A stretch of DNA of 64,000 nucleotides, from assembly GCA_039816785.1 (NCBI GenBank), contig JBCBXB010000016.1, positions 4,784-68,783 of the forward strand, given 5' to 3'. The translations under genes were made by a program, and so were the position numbers. The first letter of the stretch is position 1. Every line of letters begins with the position of its first letter. The notes below the pieces were generated by a model. It was not told the DNA's origin. It saw nothing but the letters and a program-made list of their open reading frames with translations, and did not search any database. This stretch comes from Pseudomonadota bacterium. GTDB taxonomy: Bacteria > Pseudomonadota > Alphaproteobacteria > Rhodobacterales > Rhodobacteraceae. Of this stretch, positions 63,686 to 64,000 are shown piece by piece.

Positions 63686-64000
63686 ATGTTTAAGAGACTA
63701 CTGGGGCTACTTTTGCTTGTTTTTGCTTTTGGCACTTCTGACGCAAGTGCGGATGTTTGGTCGACAAACGCAGTTCCTGCGAAGCTCGCATCAGGTTTAA
63801 GTCAAGTCGGGCTTAACAGTAACGCGACATGGACCAGTTGCCGTCAACGCACGGACTCAGACGCGGTTGTGTCCAAGGTCTTAAATGACGGCTGGAAACA
63901 TTATGTCTATGTTGTTTGCATCGATGACGTTCTGAACATTCAGAAAGACTTTGCTTACGACTCCAGGCGGCTCAAGCAGCGGATGAAGACAATTGGGGAC
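63686..64000 (+). CDS. 5' part of a hypothetical secreted protein (runs off the window) in a lower-GC island
   Basis: ATG at 63686 after GTGAGGGG. The frame is open to the window end (105 codons). Signal peptide MFKRLLGLLLLVFAFGTSDASA. It is not in the ORF track because no stop lies in the window. Confidence 0.6.
   Translation, partial: MFKRLLGLLLLVFAFGTSDASADVWSTNAVPAKLASGLSQVGLNSNATWTSCRQRTDSDAVVSKVLNDGWKHYVYVVCIDDVLNIQKDFAYDSRRLKQRMKTIGD

Noticed and set aside
1-64000. Looked for CRISPR arrays, rRNA genes, IS elements or transposases, integrases, and toxin-antitoxin or defence-system gene pairs.
   Set aside because: None found. The only regularly spaced repeats are the 11-bp phased hexamers, which are far too short and closely spaced to be CRISPR. 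No ORF shows transposase, recombinase or nuclease-NTPase defence signatures that I can recognise by eye.

Overview
High-GC alphaproteobacterial chromosomal DNA. The gene content looks like a marine Rhodobacteraceae (roseobacter-type) genome, but no species can be assigned from sequence alone. All calls come from reading the ORF translations and the DNA by eye; no homology search was run.

I support about 57 protein-coding genes and one tRNA-Gln(UUG). The main blocks, in order:
- 1-8.7 kb: a GntR-controlled catabolic locus. It has a translationally coupled SsuD-like flavin monooxygenase, an aldo/keto reductase and a flavin reductase, followed by TRAP transporter genes dctQMP.
- 8.8-10.6 kb: a Sel1-repeat protein and a di-haem cytochrome c peroxidase.
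- 10.7-16.6 kb: an acyl-CoA cluster with a CaiD-like hydratase, an ADP-forming acyl-CoA synthetase, an acyl-CoA dehydrogenase and a ThDP enzyme.
- 17.2-20 kb: an aldo/keto reductase, FAD oxidoreductase and GH25 muramidase operon.
- 23.7-29.8 kb: urea ABC transporter urtABCDE.
- 30.9 kb: tRNA-Gln beside a small lower-GC islet.
- 31-42.9 kb: housekeeping and metabolic genes (MscS-type channel, quinone reductase, 2-hydroxyacid dehydrogenase, ggt, D-lactate dehydrogenase-like oxidase, dimethylglycine-dehydrogenase-like enzyme, PPK2).
- 44.7-54.3 kb: one roughly 9.7 kb minus-strand operon joining xdhABC to a BMP-family ABC transporter.
- 54.5-63.2 kb: dnaE, then slyX and hisS-hisZ-hisG.
- From about 63.44 kb to the window end: a lower-GC island.

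The signals most worth a second look are not standard features:
1. A dense superfamily of short terminator-like repeats, 10 copies in two subfamilies. Three copies sit in frame inside xdhA, xdhB and urtC.
2. A lower-GC patch of about 300 bp inside the essential hisS gene.
3. Two copies of a module carrying five GTRCAC hexamers phased at 11 bp and bracketed by GTTAAC.
4. A sulfoquinovose-monooxygenase-like (smoCBA-like) gene trio wired to a TRAP transporter.

No CRISPR array, rRNA gene, transposase or integrase was seen.
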